Of a stretch of 64,000 nucleotides of DNA, positions 61,681 to 64,000 are shown piece by piece. The notes beneath the pieces were generated by a model. It had not been told where the DNA came from, made no database searches, and saw nothing but the letters and a program-made list of their open reading frames with translations. Source of the stretch: Myxococcota bacterium (GTDB taxonomy: Bacteria > Myxococcota_A > UBA9160 > PR03); the NCBI GenBank assembly GCA_041611735.1, contig JBFIML010000004.1, positions 64,001 to 128,000 of the forward strand, read 5' to 3'. The position numbers and the translations under genes are program-made. The stretch's first letter is position 1, and every line of letters begins with the position of its first letter.

Positions 61681-61708
61681 TTGACGCGATAACGCGCCGT
61701 GTTATATT
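61681..61708 (+). promoter_or_regulatory. Sigma-70-type promoter with overlapping ATAAC-N7-GTTAT palindrome
   Basis: TTGACG-N16-TATATT with a TG extension; palindrome at 61689-61705. Confidence 0.65.
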
Positions 61709-61776
61709 TGGGCTGGATCGCCGCAACCGTCATTCCCCTCCGGAGGGCGGTCGCGACCCCCAGGAGGAGAGCAGAT

Positions 61777-62130
61777 ATGGCCCAGAACGTGAGCGTGATC
61801 GAAGCCGGCATCGACCAGATCCAGGAGGCGATGCGGCTGGTGGACCGGCGCTTCCGCAGGCTTCAGCGGGATCTCACCACCCGGCGCCGCCGGCTCGAGC
61901 GGCAGGTGGCGTCGCGGCGGCGCGCCTTGGAGCGCACCGCCCGACGGCAGGTGACCCGGCTGCGCAAGGTCGGCCTCGTGCAGCGCGCCGAGGCGCTGCG
62001 GGAGGAGGCGGGCCGCCAGGTCGGGCAGATCTTCGAGTCGCTGCCCCTGGCCACCAAGGGCGAGCTACGCCGCATCGACCGCAAGGTGTCGGCCCTGAAC
62101 CGCAAGGTCCGCGAGCTCGAGCGGGCCTGA
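61777..62130 (+). CDS. Small basic coiled-coil protein, phasin (PHA granule-associated)-like
   Basis: SD AGGAGGAG; helical heptads; C-terminal LPLATKGELRRIDRKVSALNRKV resembles PhaF/PhaI tails. Confidence 0.6.
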   Translation: MAQNVSVIEAGIDQIQEAMRLVDRRFRRLQRDLTTRRRRLERQVASRRRALERTARRQVTRLRKVGLVQRAEALREEAGRQVGQIFESLPLATKGELRRIDRKVSALNRKVRELERA

Positions 62131-62168
62131 CCCCCCGACGCAGGGGGCCGGGGAAGACCCGGCGGAAC

Positions 62169-62206
62169 GGAGCCCGGTGGCCAAGCGCGCCGGGCTCCTC
62201 ATTTTT
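62169..62206 (+). terminator. Rho-independent terminator
   Basis: GGAGCCCGG...CCGGGCTCC stem followed by TCATTTTT. Confidence 0.7.
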
Positions 62207-62222
62207 CGGCTAGGCTGTCGCC

Positions 62223-63389
62223 GTGGCGGACTTCGGCGGCGTGGACTTCCTGCTGCTCGACGAGCTGCTCGCTGAAGAGGAGCGCCTGGCCCGGGACAGC
62301 GTGCGCGAGTTCGTCGGCAAGGAGTTCCTGCCCCGGCTCCAGGAGCACTTCCGCCGCGACGGCTCCTTCCCCACGGAGCTCGTGCCCCGCCTGGGGGACC
62401 TGGGCCTGTTCGGGGCCAACCTGCACGGCTTCGGCTGCGCCGGCATGAACAACGTGGCCTACGGCCTGGTCATGCAGGAGCTGGAGCGCGGCGACTCGGG
62501 GCTGCGCTCCTTCGCCTCCGTGCAGGGCGCTCTGGTCATGTACCCGATCCACGCCTTCGGCTCCGAGGCCCAGAAGGAGCGCTGGCTGCCGGAGCTCTGC
62601 GCCGGCCGCGCGATCGGCTGCTTCGGGCTCACGGAGCCGGACTTCGGCAGCCACGTGTCCGGCATGCGCACCCAGGCCACCCGGAGCGGGGACGGCTGGA
62701 TCCTGAACGGGACCAAGCGCTGGATCACGAACGGGACCTTGGCCCACCTGGCGCTGGTGTGGGCCCAGACCGAGGCCGGCGTGCAGGGCTTCCTGGTGGA
62801 GACCGACCGCCCGGGCTTCGAGGCGCGCGACATCAAGGGCAAGATGTCCCTGCGCGCCTCGGTCACCTCCGAGCTCTTCCTGCACGACGTGGAGGTGCCC
62901 GACGCGAACCGGCTGCCCGGGGTGAGCGGGCTGCGGGGCCCGCTCGCCTGCCTGACCCAGGCCCGCTACGGCATCGCCTGGGGCGCCATCGGGGCGGCCA
63001 TGGCCTGCTACGACGAGGCGCTCCGCTACAGCCGCGAGCGCAGGGTGGACGGGGGGCCGCTGGCCGGCAAGCAGCTCACCCAGCAGAAGCTCGTCTTCAT
63101 GCTGACCGAGATCACCAAGGCGCAGCTCCTGGCCTGGCGGATCGGGCGCCTGAAGGACGCCGGCCGCCTGCACCACGCCATGGTCTCCCTGGCCAAGCGC
63201 AACAACGTGGACGTGGCGCTGCGCATCGCCCGGGAGGGCCGTGACCTGCTGGGAGCCAACGGCATCGTGGACGACTACGTCTGCATGCGACACATGCTGA
63301 ACCTCGAGAGCGTACGCACCTACGAGGGAACCCACGACATCCACACCCTGATCCTGGGCGAGCACGTGACGGGGCTGCGGGCGATCTGA
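62223..63389 (+). CDS. gcdH: Acyl-CoA dehydrogenase, glutaryl-CoA dehydrogenase-like
   Basis: ELERGDSGLRS, GCFGLTEPDFGS, WITNG, SLRASVT, LGANGI, TYEGTHDIHTLILG. Confidence 0.85.
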   Translation: MADFGGVDFLLLDELLAEEERLARDSVREFVGKEFLPRLQEHFRRDGSFPTELVPRLGDLGLFGANLHGFGCAGMNNVAYGLVMQELERGDSGLRSFASVQGALVMYPIHAFGSEAQKERWLPELCAGRAIGCFGLTEPDFGSHVSGMRTQATRSGDGWILNGTKRWITNGTLAHLALVWAQTEAGVQGFLVETDRPGFEARDIKGKMSLRASVTSELFLHDVEVPDANRLPGVSGLRGPLACLTQARYGIAWGAIGAAMACYDEALRYSRERRVDGGPLAGKQLTQQKLVFMLTEITKAQLLAWRIGRLKDAGRLHHAMVSLAKRNNVDVALRIAREGRDLLGANGIVDDYVCMRHMLNLESVRTYEGTHDIHTLILGEHVTGLRAI

Positions 63390-63437
63390 CGTCCCGACGC
63401 CCCGGTCCCCGGGCGGACTACCCTGCCGCGATTCGAG

Positions 63438-64000
63438 ATGCCGAGAACCGTCGCCGTCTGCATCGGAACCCGCCCCGAGGCCATCAAGCTGATGCCCGTG
63501 CTCCACGCCCTCGCCCGGGCGGACATCTCCTACCGGGTGCTGCTCACGGGCCAGCACGCCGAGCTGCTGGAGCCGATCCTCCAGGAGCTCGGGATCCGGG
63601 TGGACGAGAACCTGCGCCTGATGCAGGCCGACCAGTCGCTCTCCGGGCTCTCGGCCCGGGTGCTGGAAGCCTTCGAGGCCCTGTTGCGCCGCGAGCGGCC
63701 CGAGCTCCTGCTCGTGCAGGGCGACACCACCTCCGCAGCCATGAGCGCGCTCGCCGCCTTCTATCGCGGGGTTCCCGTCGCCCACGTGGAGGCCGGGCTG
63801 CGCACCCAAGACCTGCGCAATCCCTTTCCCGAGGAGCTGAACCGACGCCTGATCGGCTGTCTGGCCAGCCACCACTTCGCCCCGACCGACCGCGCCCGCG
63901 AGAACCTGCTGCGCGAGGGCGTGACCGAGCAATCCATCCACGTGGTGGGCAACACGGTGATCGACGCGGTGCTCCACGCCCGCGACGTGCTGCTGCCCCG
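63438..64000 (+). CDS. wecB: UDP-N-acetylglucosamine 2-epimerase, non-hydrolysing (3' partial)
   Basis: Absent from the ORF track because there is no stop in the window. GTRPEAIKL, TGQH, VQGDTTS, HVEAGLRT, PFPEE.NR, VGNTVIDA. Confidence 0.95.
   Translation, partial: MPRTVAVCIGTRPEAIKLMPVLHALARADISYRVLLTGQHAELLEPILQELGIRVDENLRLMQADQSLSGLSARVLEAFEALLRRERPELLLVQGDTTSAAMSALAAFYRGVPVAHVEAGLRTQDLRNPFPEELNRRLIGCLASHHFAPTDRARENLLREGVTEQSIHVVGNTVIDAVLHARDVLLP

Overview
Very GC-rich, gene-dense bacterial window. The gene content suggests a Myxococcota/deltaproteobacterium-like diderm, which is inference only. Bases ~1-52,300 form a cell-surface modification island. It holds two paralogous PEP-CTERM surface-protein genes, each behind a matching sigma-54 promoter, IHF site and GGAAR-N4-YTTCC palindrome. 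Around them lie three PrsT-like TPR lipoproteins, about ten GT-C-type membrane glycosyltransferases (three TMTC-like), a polyprenyl-phosphate-sugar synthase-like GT2, a GT9, three SGNH proteins, three soluble SAM methyltransferases and a TolB-like lipoprotein. The island also has four 'sulfatase-like' enzymes, all with Thr instead of Cys/Ser at the nucleophile, and three MFS-fold/spermidine-synthase-like fusions whose SAM-binding domain is predicted to be periplasmic. Bases ~52,300-64,000 hold an O-methyltransferase-like gene and housekeeping genes (pcrA, glmS, glmU, hflX, fabH, phasin-like, glutaryl-CoA dehydrogenase-like, wecB). Several genes appear to use non-canonical (ATC, CTG) or leaderless starts. 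I saw no rRNA, tRNA, CRISPR array, transposase or exosortase. All calls come from reading motifs by eye; no searches were run.
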